A stretch of DNA of 64,000 nt from an uncultured Acidobacteriota bacterium. Its GTDB lineage: Bacteria > Acidobacteriota > CAIWXX01. Position numbers and translations under genes: made by a program. The stretch is taken from assembly GCA_903916735.1 (NCBI GenBank), contig CAIWXX010000085.1, forward strand, positions 7,883 through 71,882, in the 5' to 3' direction. Within the stretch, counting starts at the first letter, position 1. Each line of letters starts with the position of its first letter. Under the pieces are notes generated by a model. The model was not told where the DNA came from. It saw only the letters and a program-made list of their open reading frames with translations, and did not search any database. Below, piece after piece: positions 27,121 through 38,126 of this stretch.

Positions 27121-28096
27121 GACCTCATGCGATGAGGCGTCGGCCGCGGTCGTCGCCGACCGGCGCACCATCCTGTCCAACATTATTTACTCCCAGGATC
27201 ACATCCACTGCCAGTTTGGCGGAGTTGTTCCGGAGCTTGCGAGTCGTGAGCATTTAAGAAAAATCGACGGTGTTGTCGCGGCGGCCTTGGAGCAATCCGG
27301 CGTCGGACTCTCCACGATCGACGCCTTTGCGGTCACATGTGGGCCGGGGCTCATCGGATCGCTTCTTATCGGGATCTGCTACGCCAAATCGCTGGCCTAC
27401 TATTGCGACAAGCCTCTATACGGCATAAACCATCTCATCGGGCACATGCACGCCGTTTTTCTGGAGCATGACGAGCCTGCAGCGCCCTATTTGACTCTCC
27501 TGGTTTCCGGCGGCCACACAAGCCTCCTTCACACCGGCGACGATCGAGTGACACGCACTATCGGACGCACGCGGGACGATGCCGCAGGCGAGGCATTTGA
27601 CAAGGTTGCCAAGATGCTGGGGCTGGGTTATCCAGGAGGCCCGCACATCGAAAAAAGAGCGGCCGAGGGCAAAGCCATCATTCGTTTCTCACGAGCGAAG
27701 ATGTCGGATGGGAGTCTGGACTTCAGCTTCTCGGGGCTCAAGACGGCGGTTCTTTATCACCTTCGTGAGAATCCAGTCACGGATCGTTTGATCGCCGACG
27801 TCGCCGCATCATTCCAAAAGGCTTGTATTGAGTCGCTTGTGCAGCAGACCGGGCGAGCGCTGGATCAATTTCCGGCCACCGCGCTTCTTCTTTGCGGAGG
27901 CGTCGCGTGCAACACACCCCTTCGGACGGCGCTCTCCCATCTTGCAGCGCGCTACGCCCTCCCTTGTCTCTATCCTCCTCCCCGGCTCTGTGCCGACAAC
28001 GGCGCCATGGTGGCTGCCGTTGCACTGGCCGGACGAGCCGATCCGGTGTCGCCTTTGGATCTGGATGGAGACCCGAATCTCCGGATACAATCCTAA
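27098..28096 (+). CDS. tsaD: tRNA N6-adenosine threonylcarbamoyltransferase
   Basis: [67 protein letters not shown], and DNGAMV. Confidence 0.95.
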   Translation: MMLVLGIETSCDEASAAVVADRRTILSNIIYSQDHIHCQFGGVVPELASREHLRKIDGVVAAALEQSGVGLSTIDAFAVTCGPGLIGSLLIGICYAKSLAYYCDKPLYGINHLIGHMHAVFLEHDEPAAPYLTLLVSGGHTSLLHTGDDRVTRTIGRTRDDAAGEAFDKVAKMLGLGYPGGPHIEKRAAEGKAIIRFSRAKMSDGSLDFSFSGLKTAVLYHLRENPVTDRLIADVAASFQKACIESLVQQTGRALDQFPATALLLCGGVACNTPLRTALSHLAARYALPCLYPPPRLCADNGAMVAAVALAGRADPVSPLDLDGDPNLRIQS

Positions 28097-28135
28097 ATCG
28101 GGAGGGGGTTCACAGCGACGGTTGCTGGAGACGAC

Positions 28136-28612
28136 TCAATCTCCCAATCGATTCTTCAATCGCCCTCGGATTTCCCTCTCCTCATCGCGACGCTTGATGG
28201 TTTCCCGTTTGTCGTAGGTTCGTTTGCCTTTGGCGATGCCGATTTCGATCTTGACGCGATTGTTTTTCAGATAGACGCGCAAGGGGACAATTGTGAGGCC
28301 TCTCTCGGCGGTCTTGCCGGCAAGCTTATTGATTTCCCGCCGGTGAAGCAGGAGTTTACGATCGCGGAGTGGATCAAGGTTGTAACGGTTGCCCTGCTCA
28401 TATGGGCTGATGTGTGCGCTCATGATGAAGAGCTCGCTGCCGTGCATTTGACAATACGAATCCCGCAGGTTGATCCGTCCCTGGCGGACGCTTTTTACCT
28501 CGGTGCCCGAAAGGACGATGCCTGCCTCATGGCTTTCGAGAATAAAGTAGTCATGTCGCGCTTTGGAATTTGTAGCAACAACTTTAAGGCCGGATTCTTT
28601 TTTTTCAGTCAT
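28136..28612 (-). CDS. smpB: SsrA-binding protein
   Basis: NSKARHDY, GIVLSGTEVKS, RDRKLLLHRREI, and AKGKRTYDKRETIK. Confidence 0.96.
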   Translation of the reverse strand: MTEKKESGLKVVATNSKARHDYFILESHEAGIVLSGTEVKSVRQGRINLRDSYCQMHGSELFIMSAHISPYEQGNRYNLDPLRDRKLLLHRREINKLAGKTAERGLTIVPLRVYLKNNRVKIEIGIAKGKRTYDKRETIKRRDEEREIRGRLKNRLGD

Positions 28613-28834
28613 GATCGCATCCAATCTCCGCGTGGATTATCTCTCAAACTGGGAAAACTGCAACGCCGGGAGAAACGCCTTGCGTCCGCAACAAGATCCA
28701 TGCAAACAAGATCGTGGGTGTCAAGGAAGTGAACAGAGGGTCAATCTGAAAACTCCTCGATCGACCTCTGAAGAATACATCCTAAAACAACGTGAAAATA
28801 TGCTAGGATATTCCATCAGAAAAGGAATGCCATA

Positions 28835-29002
28835 ATGGAATGCGTACGCTGCCAAAAATCCGACGAGGACACTCATCTTCTGAAGTGCCCGATCTGCTTC
28901 AAGCATGTATGCGAAGAGTGCCAGGTCAACAGACACGGGCGTATTTTCTGTTCCAAGATTTGTGCCGACCTTTTCTTCTTCGGCGACGAAGAAGACGAAT
29001 AA
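28835..29002 (+). CDS. 55-aa Cys-rich (zinc-finger-like) small protein
   Basis: Manual translation: MECVRCQKSDEDTHLLKCPICFKHVCEECQVNRHGRIFCSKICADLFFFGDEEDE*. AGGA lies upstream. Below the ORF-track length cutoff. Confidence 0.75.
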   Translation: MECVRCQKSDEDTHLLKCPICFKHVCEECQVNRHGRIFCSKICADLFFFGDEEDE

Positions 29003-29046
29003 TCTCGAACGGCCTGTTCCCCGCTCTGACGGTTGAGACCGCCGGA

Positions 29047-29790
29047 TCAAATTCCGATAGCCAGGCGCGAGGCGAGAATCGGGGGGAGGTTTGCCTTGAG
29101 AATTTTCTCTTGCGTCCGCCGCAAAAGATAGTTCCGCCGTTGGATCGTGATGATCCGTTTTTCGCTCTCATACGTGGCAAACGACAGCCTGGGCTCGCGG
29201 TCCCGCGGCTGGCCGAGTGAACCCGGATTCACGAGGTAGCGGCATCCTGCCTTCAATTCAATCTTCAGGCCGTTTTCGTGGAAGCCGATCATTTCGATGC
29301 GCCCATCCGGGAGTTGAACATAGATCCGCGGGACGTGAGTATGGCCGAAGAAACAGAGATCCTCTTTGAAGGATGAAAATGCCAGCAGCGCGTCATAATC
29401 ACTGAACATATAAGCATCCTCATCGAAAGGCGAGCCATGACAGATGAGGAATTGATCATCCACGAGACGCGGCCCTTGGGGGAGAGCTTTCAGATAAGCG
29501 GAATTAACTTGGCTCAGCCTCTCGCGGGTCCATTGCGCTGCCTGAAGAGCGGCCGAATTGAAGTCATTGCCATCCTCGATCTCAGTCGCAACCTTGTCAT
29601 GATTTCCTCGCACCACCTCGATCGGGCGAAGCCTTTTAATCCGGTCGATGACCTGATTAGGGGAAGCCGCATAGCCGACAAGGTCGCCGAGGACGATGTA
29701 CTTGTCGATCTTTTTTCTCTTTGCCCATCTCAGGAGGACCTGCAGAGCTTCCACATTCGAATGGATGTCGCTGAAGACCAGATATTTCAT
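29047..29790 (-). CDS. Calcineurin-like metallophosphoesterase
   Basis: SDIHSN, GDLVGY, RGNHD, HGSP, FFGHTH, and NPGSLGQPRD. Confidence 0.92.
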   Translation of the reverse strand: MKYLVFSDIHSNVEALQVLLRWAKRKKIDKYIVLGDLVGYAASPNQVIDRIKRLRPIEVVRGNHDKVATEIEDGNDFNSAALQAAQWTRERLSQVNSAYLKALPQGPRLVDDQFLICHGSPFDEDAYMFSDYDALLAFSSFKEDLCFFGHTHVPRIYVQLPDGRIEMIGFHENGLKIELKAGCRYLVNPGSLGQPRDREPRLSFATYESEKRIITIQRRNYLLRRTQEKILKANLPPILASRLAIGI

Positions 29791-30299
29791 TCGGAGTGCT
29801 CCATGTCCTTCAATCTCTGCAAAATGGCTTCGACGACCTCATCCGGTGTTCCGACCGCCGGCACGTGGAAATGTGCGTCACGGTAGGACGTCATCCGGGC
29901 ATCCAGGAGTGATTTCAATTCCACCGGCTGACGCCGAGCCAGCGGACGATCTTCATGGCCATCGAGTCGCTTGAGAATCTCATCGAATGGCGTATCCAGG
30001 AAGATGCAGATTCCTGAGTCGCGAGCTATTTTTCTATTTTCGGGATCGACGAAGGAGCCTCCTCCGAGAGCGACCACGGTTCCGGGATCAGTGGAAATTT
30101 CGCGAAGTATTTCTTTTTCATGTTGTCGAAAAACCGTTTCGCCTTCGGCGTGGAAGATATCGATGATTGAACGTCCCGAGCGCTCTTCAATCACTCGATC
30201 CAAATCCACGAACTTCCAGCCAAGTTCACGACTCAATATTCGACCCGCCGTCGTTTTCCCAGCGGCCATGAAGCCGACGAGATAAATGTTCCCTCTCAT
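29787..30299 (-). CDS. aroK: Shikimate kinase
   Basis: LVGFMAAGKTT, DLD, EGETVFRQHE, ALGGG, and RPL. Confidence 0.93.
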   Translation of the reverse strand: MRGNIYLVGFMAAGKTTAGRILSRELGWKFVDLDRVIEERSGRSIIDIFHAEGETVFRQHEKEILREISTDPGTVVALGGGSFVDPENRKIARDSGICIFLDTPFDEILKRLDGHEDRPLARRQPVELKSLLDARMTSYRDAHFHVPAVGTPDEVVEAILQRLKDMEHSE

Positions 30300-30894
30300 T
30301 CGGGGAAATGGGTACCCTGCAAGCGTGTTATCAAGTTTCGCATGAAATGTCCTTCAGCCGCGGGGCGACGTGAATATTCACGGAGAAAACCACTCCCCCC
30401 AGACCATCAATATAGCAAATGCCGCATCATCCCTTCAAGGAGGACGTGACTTCCCTAATTCCGCGGCATTATTATTGCGCTGGAGTTGCTCTATTTCTCA
30501 CAACAGCAGAGGTGCGGAGGAGCGGACGTGCACGGGAGTTTTGTGAGCACGCTTGGCAGGATTGCGAGAGGACATCCCTCTTGGTTCACAAGCGTGGTCA
30601 AGGCAAGGACCGACCTGCGCCTGCTTCCAGAAACGAGTCGTTGGCAAAAGCTTGTCTGATCGATCAGAGTCATTGTACTGGACGTGCGTTTCGAGCAACA
30701 CTAATGCGGACATACTGAGTCAAATGGTTGAATTTCAATGATGGTGATGGTATCTTCAGCGCGCACTTTTTAGGGAGTACACTTCAAGAGGCCTGGTCGT
30801 TTGAGTGCTCCAGCATAAAGCCATAAGCGGTATGTTTGATGATGTGGCGGGTACAAATGTACATTCAGGGACTCACTCCAAACGGAGGACTTCA

Positions 30895-31587
30895 ATGAGC
30901 AAGTTCTATACGAAAGCGTTAAATCTTTCCATGTATCTATCGAAAGTATACAAAACGCAAGGGTATGAAGAATTCATGAAGGAATTTAGCCGATGTATCG
31001 ACCTTTCTCTTGAGGGCTTGGATACAAACCCTGAGGAAGTCGACCGAAGGCTGATCTCACTGGCCACAGGTATGTCGCTTTCTCTCTTCAGTGATAATCG
31101 GGAATCGATCATGCAGTTTATTGTGCATCTTCCCTTCCAACTGAAAGAGGATAAACCCATAGATATCAAACGAAAACGATTCATTGATGGGTTTGGAATG
31201 ATGGTGAAGACATTGGAGCAATCTTCCAGGAAGTTTTCAGAAAGAGTGATTATGTTACTAAAAAGTTATCCTCTTCAAAAACTGAATCAACTATCCGTCG
31301 ATATTTTGGCCAATCAGTTCCAATACAGCAAAAGTTATTTTTCTCGAAAATTCCACGAGGAACAAGGTCACACGATCCATGACGCTATCACTTATGAAAA
31401 GTTGAATCGGGCTTTTTCGCTGCTTTCCAACGCCAATCCGCGGATGAATGTCAAAGATGTCGCCCAGACCGTCGGATTTTCAGATCAGAAGTACTTTAGT
31501 TCTTTGTTTAAAGAAAACTATGGATTTTCTCCCTCCGACATCGCTCGTCTGGATGAGGCGATACATCGATATCCGAAGCAGGAATGA
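30895..31587 (+). CDS. AraC/XylS-family transcriptional regulator
   Basis: C-terminal double HTH (SKSYFSRKF...VKDVAQTVGFSDQKYFSSLFKENYGFSP); GGAGG before the ATG at 30895. Confidence 0.88.
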   Translation: MSKFYTKALNLSMYLSKVYKTQGYEEFMKEFSRCIDLSLEGLDTNPEEVDRRLISLATGMSLSLFSDNRESIMQFIVHLPFQLKEDKPIDIKRKRFIDGFGMMVKTLEQSSRKFSERVIMLLKSYPLQKLNQLSVDILANQFQYSKSYFSRKFHEEQGHTIHDAITYEKLNRAFSLLSNANPRMNVKDVAQTVGFSDQKYFSSLFKENYGFSPSDIARLDEAIHRYPKQE

Positions 31588-31601
31588 ATGGAAATCCATC
31601 G

Positions 31602-34600
31602 TCACAGAAGGGGGACGAGGGCTTCAAGTTTGAATTTTGTCTCATCATAATCCCTGAGTCTCATAGTGATATCTTTTTGAATCATCGCCATGGTGAAATC
31701 AGATAATTCCAATGGGACATCCGGATTTTGTTGGGCCGGGCGAATCGGCTCCTGGTGGACAATTTTAAAAATCGTCTGATAAACATCATCCTGATCGATC
31801 GGATACGGTGTTTCTCCGGTCAGCATGAGGTAAAGGATAATGCCCAGGGCATAAAAATCCACGGTCGGTTCAGGAGAATGTCGGTTCCAAAAATATTCAG
31901 GCGGAAGAAATAATGGGGTTCCGCTATCCAGATCGATTCGGGTCAGCGTTTGATTCTCGATGAAGCGGGCAAGGCCGAAATCCAGAATTCGGATATCACT
32001 CTTCACTTGTCCAACCATATCGTGAAAATCAAATGAATTGAGAGGATGAGATCCTCTCATAAAAAGAATATTCTCTGGTTTTAAATCGCGGTGGATCACG
32101 CCACAGGTATGAATCTCTTCAATAATGTCGAGCAGCACGGAGGTGATGGCAAGGGCAAATTTAGACGTGATGGCGCGCTCGTCAATCATCCTTTGCAGGG
32201 ATCTGCCGTCAACGTACTCCATGAAAAGATAGCTCCGGCCATGAATGGCTCCGCGTTCCCAAATCCGTGTGATATTCTGATGGAGAATGGTTTCGCAGAC
32301 GAGTCCTTCCTGAAGAAACTGGGCTTGCATCCTTGGTGAGATAATGCTCTCATGAATGATCTTAAGGGCGCCGGTTTTTCCAGTAACGTTGTCCTTTGTC
32401 AAAAAAACCTCGCCCGTCCCGCCTGAGCCGATCTTCTCAATGAGCTTGAACTTCCCGAATCGAGTCATCCTGTGGCGTTCAGCAAATTTAGTGAGAAGCT
32501 TCGATCCGACGGAGTAGCTGATCCCCCCTGCCGCCAATAATCCAATGATGACCAGGGTAAGAAACCATCCGGTCCGATAGAAAGGCGGGCGAATAGTGAT
32601 TCGAATTGATGTCCCTGTTTCATTCCATATTCCCTCTTCTCCAGCTCCCTTGACGCAGAAAACATATGTGCCCGGATCCAGGTTGGTATAGATAGCCTGC
32701 CGGCGAGATCCTGAGAAGATCCAATCCTTGTCAAAGCCGTCCATTCGATAGGCATATTGGCAGCGAGCGGGTTCGCTGAAATCCAAAACCGCAAATTCGA
32801 ATGTCAAAACATTTTGCCGATGGTCAAGAATGATGGTCTCTGTCTCGCTGACTCTTCTTGAAAGAATCGCCGTCGCTCCTTCTTCTATTGGAACCGGTTG
32901 GTTGAAGAGCTGGAATCCGGTCAGCCCGATCGAAGGGATTTCCTGATTCCTTCTTGCGCTTTCAGGTCGGAACCAATCCAAGCCGTTGTTGCCTCCAGCA
33001 AAGATCTCACCATGACGCGTTCTAATAAAAGTCTTATAGTTGAGAATATTGCTTTGTAATCCATCTAATACATTATATTTATGTAATACTTTGCCTTTGG
33101 GATTTGCATGAAAGATTCCATCGCTGGTTAATAACCAAAGATAGTTGTCGCTGTCTTCCAAAACACCGAGTATTTCGCATTTTGGTATCCCCATAAGAGG
33201 GGTGCAATAGATGAACCGGTTCGCTTCCGGAAAATATTGATACAGCCCATCAGCTGCTCCAATCCAAAAGGTGCCGGTTGAATTTTTTTTGACAATACAG
33301 TAGATGGCCTTTTGGCTGAGGTCGTCGGGGATAGTCGTTTTTTCATCATGAGTTGTAAGTTTCCCCGTAGCAGTTTCGAAAAAGAATAGGCCTTTGCTGG
33401 TGCCGAGCAATAGAGTGCCTTGATCTGCTTCCTGGATCGCAAGGATTGTAATGATGGGATGTTTTTCAACACTATCCTTGAATTGAAATGATGCAAGTAC
33501 TTTGCCATTTTTATCCATTTTGACAATACCCTGAGGATTGACCCCCACCCAGATGTCTCCTAACTGGTCTTCGTATAAAACATATGGTATTGAATCCTCG
33601 GTTTTGTGAGGGGAATAGTCGATGAAGTGGAACCGGTCTGAAGACTGTGGAAGCCGGCCTAATTTGCCTGAAAGGGTTCCGAACCACAGCGTTCCCCTGC
33701 TGTCCTCAAGGATGGAGATGACGGCGTTTCGAGAAAAATCCTGAGGGTCGGTGGAATCAGGGGAAAAATGGACGATCTTCCCAGTAGTTCGATCCCATCG
33801 GTTTAATCCCCCTCCCCATGTCCCAAGCCATAACGTTTCATTTCGGCCTTCACGAACGCATTGGATTTCATTGTTGCTCAGGCTTTCCGGATTTTCCGGG
33901 TGGTTTTGAAGATGTGAAAATGCCAACCTTCGTTGGTTGAGTTTGCATAGCCCGTTGCCCCACGTCCCGATCCATAGGTTTTCAGACCGATCTTCATAGA
34001 CTGAAAGGATTTGGTTGCTGCTGATGCTCCCCGAATCGGCGGGATTCGTGAAGAAATTCAATATTTGATCACTCTGGGGATCAATCCGGCTGACTCCGCC
34101 ATTGAATGCTCCAGCCCAGATGTGTCCGGAATGATCGGCAATTACTGCCTGGATATCTTTGAGGCTTGCGCCCTCAAGGCTCTTTGCATTTTGGGGATAA
34201 TGAAGAAAGCAACTCCGGTCGTTCTTATGAATCAGGCGATTGACCCCTCCACCCCTTGTCCCAATCCATAGGGTTCCATGAGAGTCCTCAACAATACATG
34301 AAACGATATCAAGGCTTAGGCTGTCCGGCTCAGTGGGCACATTATGGTAATGGCGGACTGCACCTGTCTTCGGCGTATATTGAAATAGCCCTTGTCCCCA
34401 TGTTCCAATCCAGATGTCGCCATTTTGACTTTGGTAAAGTGCACAAATGTGCATGGATTCGCCATGTTTCTGAAACGGATGCAAGACAGCTTGTTCGGAT
34501 CGGTGAGTGACCGGGTCATACCAGAATAAGCCTCGGTTGGCTATTGCAATCCATAGCAGCCCAGACTGGTCTTCTATGACAGCTCTTATAAGAGAGTGTT

Positions 34601-35063
34601 TATTGCTATCTTCCATTCCGGAAGGGAGGGATACTCCTTGCCATGACTCTTTCAGGACATTAAATCGCCTCAGACCCACTTGAGGCCGACCAACAATCCA
34701 CAGGTCTCCGGTCCGACTCAAGCATAGCGAATAAAGAGTGGCGTCTTCCGGATTGGTTGTTTTGAGTGGAGCAGGACGAAAGGTAGTGAAGGCGTAACCG
34801 TCATATTTGACAAGGCCATCCTCAGTGGCCAACCAGATAAATCCACGACGATCTTGGACGATTTCGGAGATAATATGCTGATTCAAGCCTTGCTTGGCTG
34901 CGATTCGTTCAAAATCAAGACCACCGAAGCAATCGTGGCGTACAAAAAAGGGCATCCCAATCAGCAAAAACTCCGAGAAAGCACTAAGGATAAGGAAAAA
35001 TGCGCCAATTTTTCGAGGGAACTGCATTTTCATACAACCGATAAACCAAAAATAGAATTCCAT
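31602..35063 (-). CDS. Membrane sensor: two-component-regulator beta-propeller + Y_Y_Y domain + TM helix + Hanks-type Ser/Thr kinase
   Basis: Repeated D..G.LW.GT..G propeller blades; QYAYRMDGFDKDW...YTNLDPGTY (Y_Y_Y); TM segment; IGSGGTGEV, ALK, HRDLKPEN, DFG and GTP kinase motifs. The start may be 35033 rather than 35063. Confidence 0.88.
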   Translation of the reverse strand: MEFYFWFIGCMKMQFPRKIGAFFLILSAFSEFLLIGMPFFVRHDCFGGLDFERIAAKQGLNQHIISEIVQDRRGFIWLATEDGLVKYDGYAFTTFRPAPLKTTNPEDATLYSLCLSRTGDLWIVGRPQVGLRRFNVLKESWQGVSLPSGMEDSNKHSLIRAVIEDQSGLLWIAIANRGLFWYDPVTHRSEQAVLHPFQKHGESMHICALYQSQNGDIWIGTWGQGLFQYTPKTGAVRHYHNVPTEPDSLSLDIVSCIVEDSHGTLWIGTRGGGVNRLIHKNDRSCFLHYPQNAKSLEGASLKDIQAVIADHSGHIWAGAFNGGVSRIDPQSDQILNFFTNPADSGSISSNQILSVYEDRSENLWIGTWGNGLCKLNQRRLAFSHLQNHPENPESLSNNEIQCVREGRNETLWLGTWGGGLNRWDRTTGKIVHFSPDSTDPQDFSRNAVISILEDSRGTLWFGTLSGKLGRLPQSSDRFHFIDYSPHKTEDSIPYVLYEDQLGDIWVGVNPQGIVKMDKNGKVLASFQFKDSVEKHPIITILAIQEADQGTLLLGTSKGLFFFETATGKLTTHDEKTTIPDDLSQKAIYCIVKKNSTGTFWIGAADGLYQYFPEANRFIYCTPLMGIPKCEILGVLEDSDNYLWLLTSDGIFHANPKGKVLHKYNVLDGLQSNILNYKTFIRTRHGEIFAGGNNGLDWFRPESARRNQEIPSIGLTGFQLFNQPVPIEEGATAILSRRVSETETIILDHRQNVLTFEFAVLDFSEPARCQYAYRMDGFDKDWIFSGSRRQAIYTNLDPGTYVFCVKGAGEEGIWNETGTSIRITIRPPFYRTGWFLTLVIIGLLAAGGISYSVGSKLLTKFAERHRMTRFGKFKLIEKIGSGGTGEVFLTKDNVTGKTGALKIIHESIISPRMQAQFLQEGLVCETILHQNITRIWERGAIHGRSYLFMEYVDGRSLQRMIDERAITSKFALAITSVLLDIIEEIHTCGVIHRDLKPENILFMRGSHPLNSFDFHDMVGQVKSDIRILDFGLARFIENQTLTRIDLDSGTPLFLPPEYFWNRHSPEPTVDFYALGIILYLMLTGETPYPIDQDDVYQTIFKIVHQEPIRPAQQNPDVPLELSDFTMAMIQKDITMRLRDYDETKFKLEALVPLL

Positions 35064-35650
35064 GTACTTTCTCAGTAAGTCAATATCTTCCTTTCACAAG
35101 GAAGAAGTCCTAAGCAGGGGGAAATTTATACGATAAGGCTGAAAAATTCAACATAGGAATGAAAAACATGTTCAATAGAAAATCTCCAATGTTATGAATC
35201 AGATAGACAGGAATAGAGCATCTCGGCACAAATTCAAGCAGTTTATGCATTTCTTTTCCGTCTAAGTTTAATATCCCAATCCATTGAAACCTATAGGGTT
35301 ACCGATCACAATTTCTTACCCAAAAGGACAGAAAGTCCTCATTATGTTGCTTATTACCGTCTTTACACGCTGGTGAGATCGTAGTTATCATATCGGCATG
35401 GCCATAAATATTTGCAAAAGACGAGGCCCGTGTGGCCGTTCTTCTCTTGCCATGAGGGAATCTGGTTGATTCGATCTCGTTTGTCCCTGTGCTGCCGCTC
35501 TCCAAATTTGAAAATAACGGAAGGGGAAAACTCCCTTGTCCAAAATAGACACTTATCTTCAAGCCCTCCCAAATTCATGGACGAAAGTGATCTTGAGTTC
35601 GGATGCTCTGAATTGGGACTCGTATCCAATTGTTCAAGGAGAATGACTGT

Positions 35651-37573
35651 ATGAAACAGATCCTGAGTGCCGTTTTTCTGATGGGGATGACCATCGGGAT
35701 TCTTAATGCTGAAGAAATCGTTCGAGACTATGACAACAATTCATACCATGTTGTCCGGATCGGATCTCAATCCTGGCTCAAGGAGAATCTCAAATCACTT
35801 CACTATTCTGATGGAATATCGATACCGGATGTCGTTTCCTTCAATAACGATGAAAGCCTGGCAACGGTCTACGGACGCCTGTATACATGGCCTGCTGCCA
35901 TGAAAGGATCCAATACTCCCATGACTCAGGGAGTCTGCCCATGTGGGTGGCATGTCCCGAGTGATCCGGAATGGACAACTATGGAGGAATATCTTGGCGG
36001 GGCAGCGGTTGCGGGTGGGAAACTAAAGGAGGCGGGCACGGCACATTGGAAGACCCCAAATACCGGTGCTGACAATTCGAGTGGGTTCAGCGCACTGGGT
36101 GCCGGTGAATGGGACACCACCGTATTTCATCAACTGACTGAACAGGCTGTATTTTGGACATCGACCGAAATCAGCGCCGAGGATGCAAGAGAACAATATC
36201 TCAGTTTTGATAATGCCGCCAGCCATATCTACAATTGGCATAAACCTTTGAAATATTCAATCCGCTGTATCAAGGACACCGCAGGCCCGCGTTGGGCGAC
36301 GACATACGGGGGAAAAACAGCCACCGACGTATCATCCATGCACGTGACATCGGATGGTGGTCAGATCATTGGCGGCATTCTTAGCGGATCCAAAGCTGGC
36401 AGCGAAGATTTTTTCATTATGCGCACGGACAGGGGTGCAAATGTCAAATGGACCTACAAATATGGCGGGAATAAAGGCGATATCCTGGCGAGCATCCAAC
36501 CGGCCTCAAATGGAGGCTACGTGGCAGTCGGGACATCTGATTCATTTGGATCCAAAGGGGACGACGATATTTGGATTGTGAGCCTGGATAGTCAGGGTGC
36601 CATCAAATGGCAGATGAGGTATGGCACAGGAAATGAGGATCAGGCGCATCATATCCAGCCAACAAAAGACGGCGGGTATGTGGTCACGGGATCCATGCAT
36701 TCAACTACCTCCAAGGATAGTGCATTCCTCTTGAAGCTGAATTCATCCGGAAGTGTTAAATGGCAAAATGCCTATCGAATTTCGGGATTTGAAACGGGCA
36801 TCCACGCGGAGCAAACATCTGACAGTGGGTATATCCTCCTCGGTCAGACTATTTCAACGGGAGGAGATTCCGATATTTGGGTTCTTAAAATGGATGCACG
36901 AGGCATAATCAAATGGCAGGTTGCGCTCGGAGGATCTGAAGATGATGTTGGAAAGGTGATCAGGCAGACGTCAGATGGAGGATACATCCTGATCGGGACC
37001 ACGTCCTCTTTCGGCGCAGGTGATTCAGATATTCTCGTGATGAAACTCACATCAACAGGTGCGATTAAATGGCAGAACACATTTGGATCCTCCGGGAAGG
37101 ATGAAGGAACCTGCATCCAACAAACAACGGACAGTGGATTCATAGCTTCAGGGTTGACACCGTCTTCGACAGGAGATGCGGATGTCGTCATTTTGAAGCT
37201 CGACAAATCGGGCAAGGTTCAATGGCAAAAAGCCTATGGTGAAACGGGCAACGAGACGTCTCCATTCATCGACAAGACCTGTGATAGCGGTTTCGCTGTT
37301 GCCTGCGGCATGGAAATGGCCAATTCAAAACCGACGACCATTTTGGCAATGAACATTTCAGAAAGTGGCGATTTCGATACAGCGTGTGAATCATTTTATC
37401 GCACTTCTCAACTCATGACTAAGAAGTCCACATGCCGGAAGGTTGTGACAAAAGCCGTCAAAAGCGATCCCAAATTTAAGATGAATACGGCAACCGGGAA
37501 AGGAACCAAGATGACGTTTTCATCCGATTCGATTTGTGCATCAATGCAATTGTGGCATGAGTGTGGCGAATAA
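35651..37573 (+). CDS. Secreted protein: FISUMP domain + beta-propeller-like repeats
   Basis: Signal peptide; IGSQSWLKENL, YGRLYTW, CPCGWHVPSDPEW, and YSIRCIKD (FISUMP); then about 50-aa QTxDGGYI repeats. AAGGAG RBS. Confidence 0.8.
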   Translation: MKQILSAVFLMGMTIGILNAEEIVRDYDNNSYHVVRIGSQSWLKENLKSLHYSDGISIPDVVSFNNDESLATVYGRLYTWPAAMKGSNTPMTQGVCPCGWHVPSDPEWTTMEEYLGGAAVAGGKLKEAGTAHWKTPNTGADNSSGFSALGAGEWDTTVFHQLTEQAVFWTSTEISAEDAREQYLSFDNAASHIYNWHKPLKYSIRCIKDTAGPRWATTYGGKTATDVSSMHVTSDGGQIIGGILSGSKAGSEDFFIMRTDRGANVKWTYKYGGNKGDILASIQPASNGGYVAVGTSDSFGSKGDDDIWIVSLDSQGAIKWQMRYGTGNEDQAHHIQPTKDGGYVVTGSMHSTTSKDSAFLLKLNSSGSVKWQNAYRISGFETGIHAEQTSDSGYILLGQTISTGGDSDIWVLKMDARGIIKWQVALGGSEDDVGKVIRQTSDGGYILIGTTSSFGAGDSDILVMKLTSTGAIKWQNTFGSSGKDEGTCIQQTTDSGFIASGLTPSSTGDADVVILKLDKSGKVQWQKAYGETGNETSPFIDKTCDSGFAVACGMEMANSKPTTILAMNISESGDFDTACESFYRTSQLMTKKSTCRKVVTKAVKSDPKFKMNTATGKGTKMTFSSDSICASMQLWHECGE

Positions 37574-38126
37574 AAAGGGAGATAACCCGCGACAAAATAT
37601 TGATGTTGTATTGTTAATACGAAGGATAAAAGAGGCGCTTCCGGGGTTGGAGTGGCCGGCCCCAAGATGTTGTGATTGGCGATGACATGGGGATCAGAGG
37701 GCAACGGCGCTGGCCATGGGGCAGAGATCAAGCCCATCCCAGTGAAAGTAGATGGCGAGGCGGTCGTGAGTACGATTGCGGAATCCATCCAGTCATTTCC
37801 TTCACCCCATCCACCGCCTGCCCCAATCCCCCTCCATCGGATCTCTCGAACACAACATGTTGGGGTATGCTACTCCATCGCCGGAATGACCGCTTTTACA
37901 TCCAAAATATGTTTTTCGCATATACCTTTGGGATGAATTCACTCTCCATGGAGGCCTGTTCATGGTCCACAAATTGCACAACACCAGTCAGAGCGCGACA
38001 AATCCGTTGGCGATTGATGTTGCTTCACTCTCCTATTTTTCCTCCAGCCCGATTCATTCACGGGCTGGTCATGACTCCGGCGTCGAGGCGCATCGCCATT
38101 TGACGAAGAAACACATCGAAAGCCGC

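Noticed and set aside
28612-28835. tmRNA (ssrA) next to smpB
   Set aside because: No tRNA-like 5' end or T-arm/CCA 3' end is present in the flanking intergenic DNA.
30300-30895. Short ORFs between aroK and the AraC gene
   Set aside because: Several frames look partly protein-like, but none has both a good start and a recognisable motif. This is probably decayed sequence.
35064-35650. ORFs in the AT-rich divergent intergenic region
   Set aside because: The frames are interrupted by multiple stops and match no motif I recognise.
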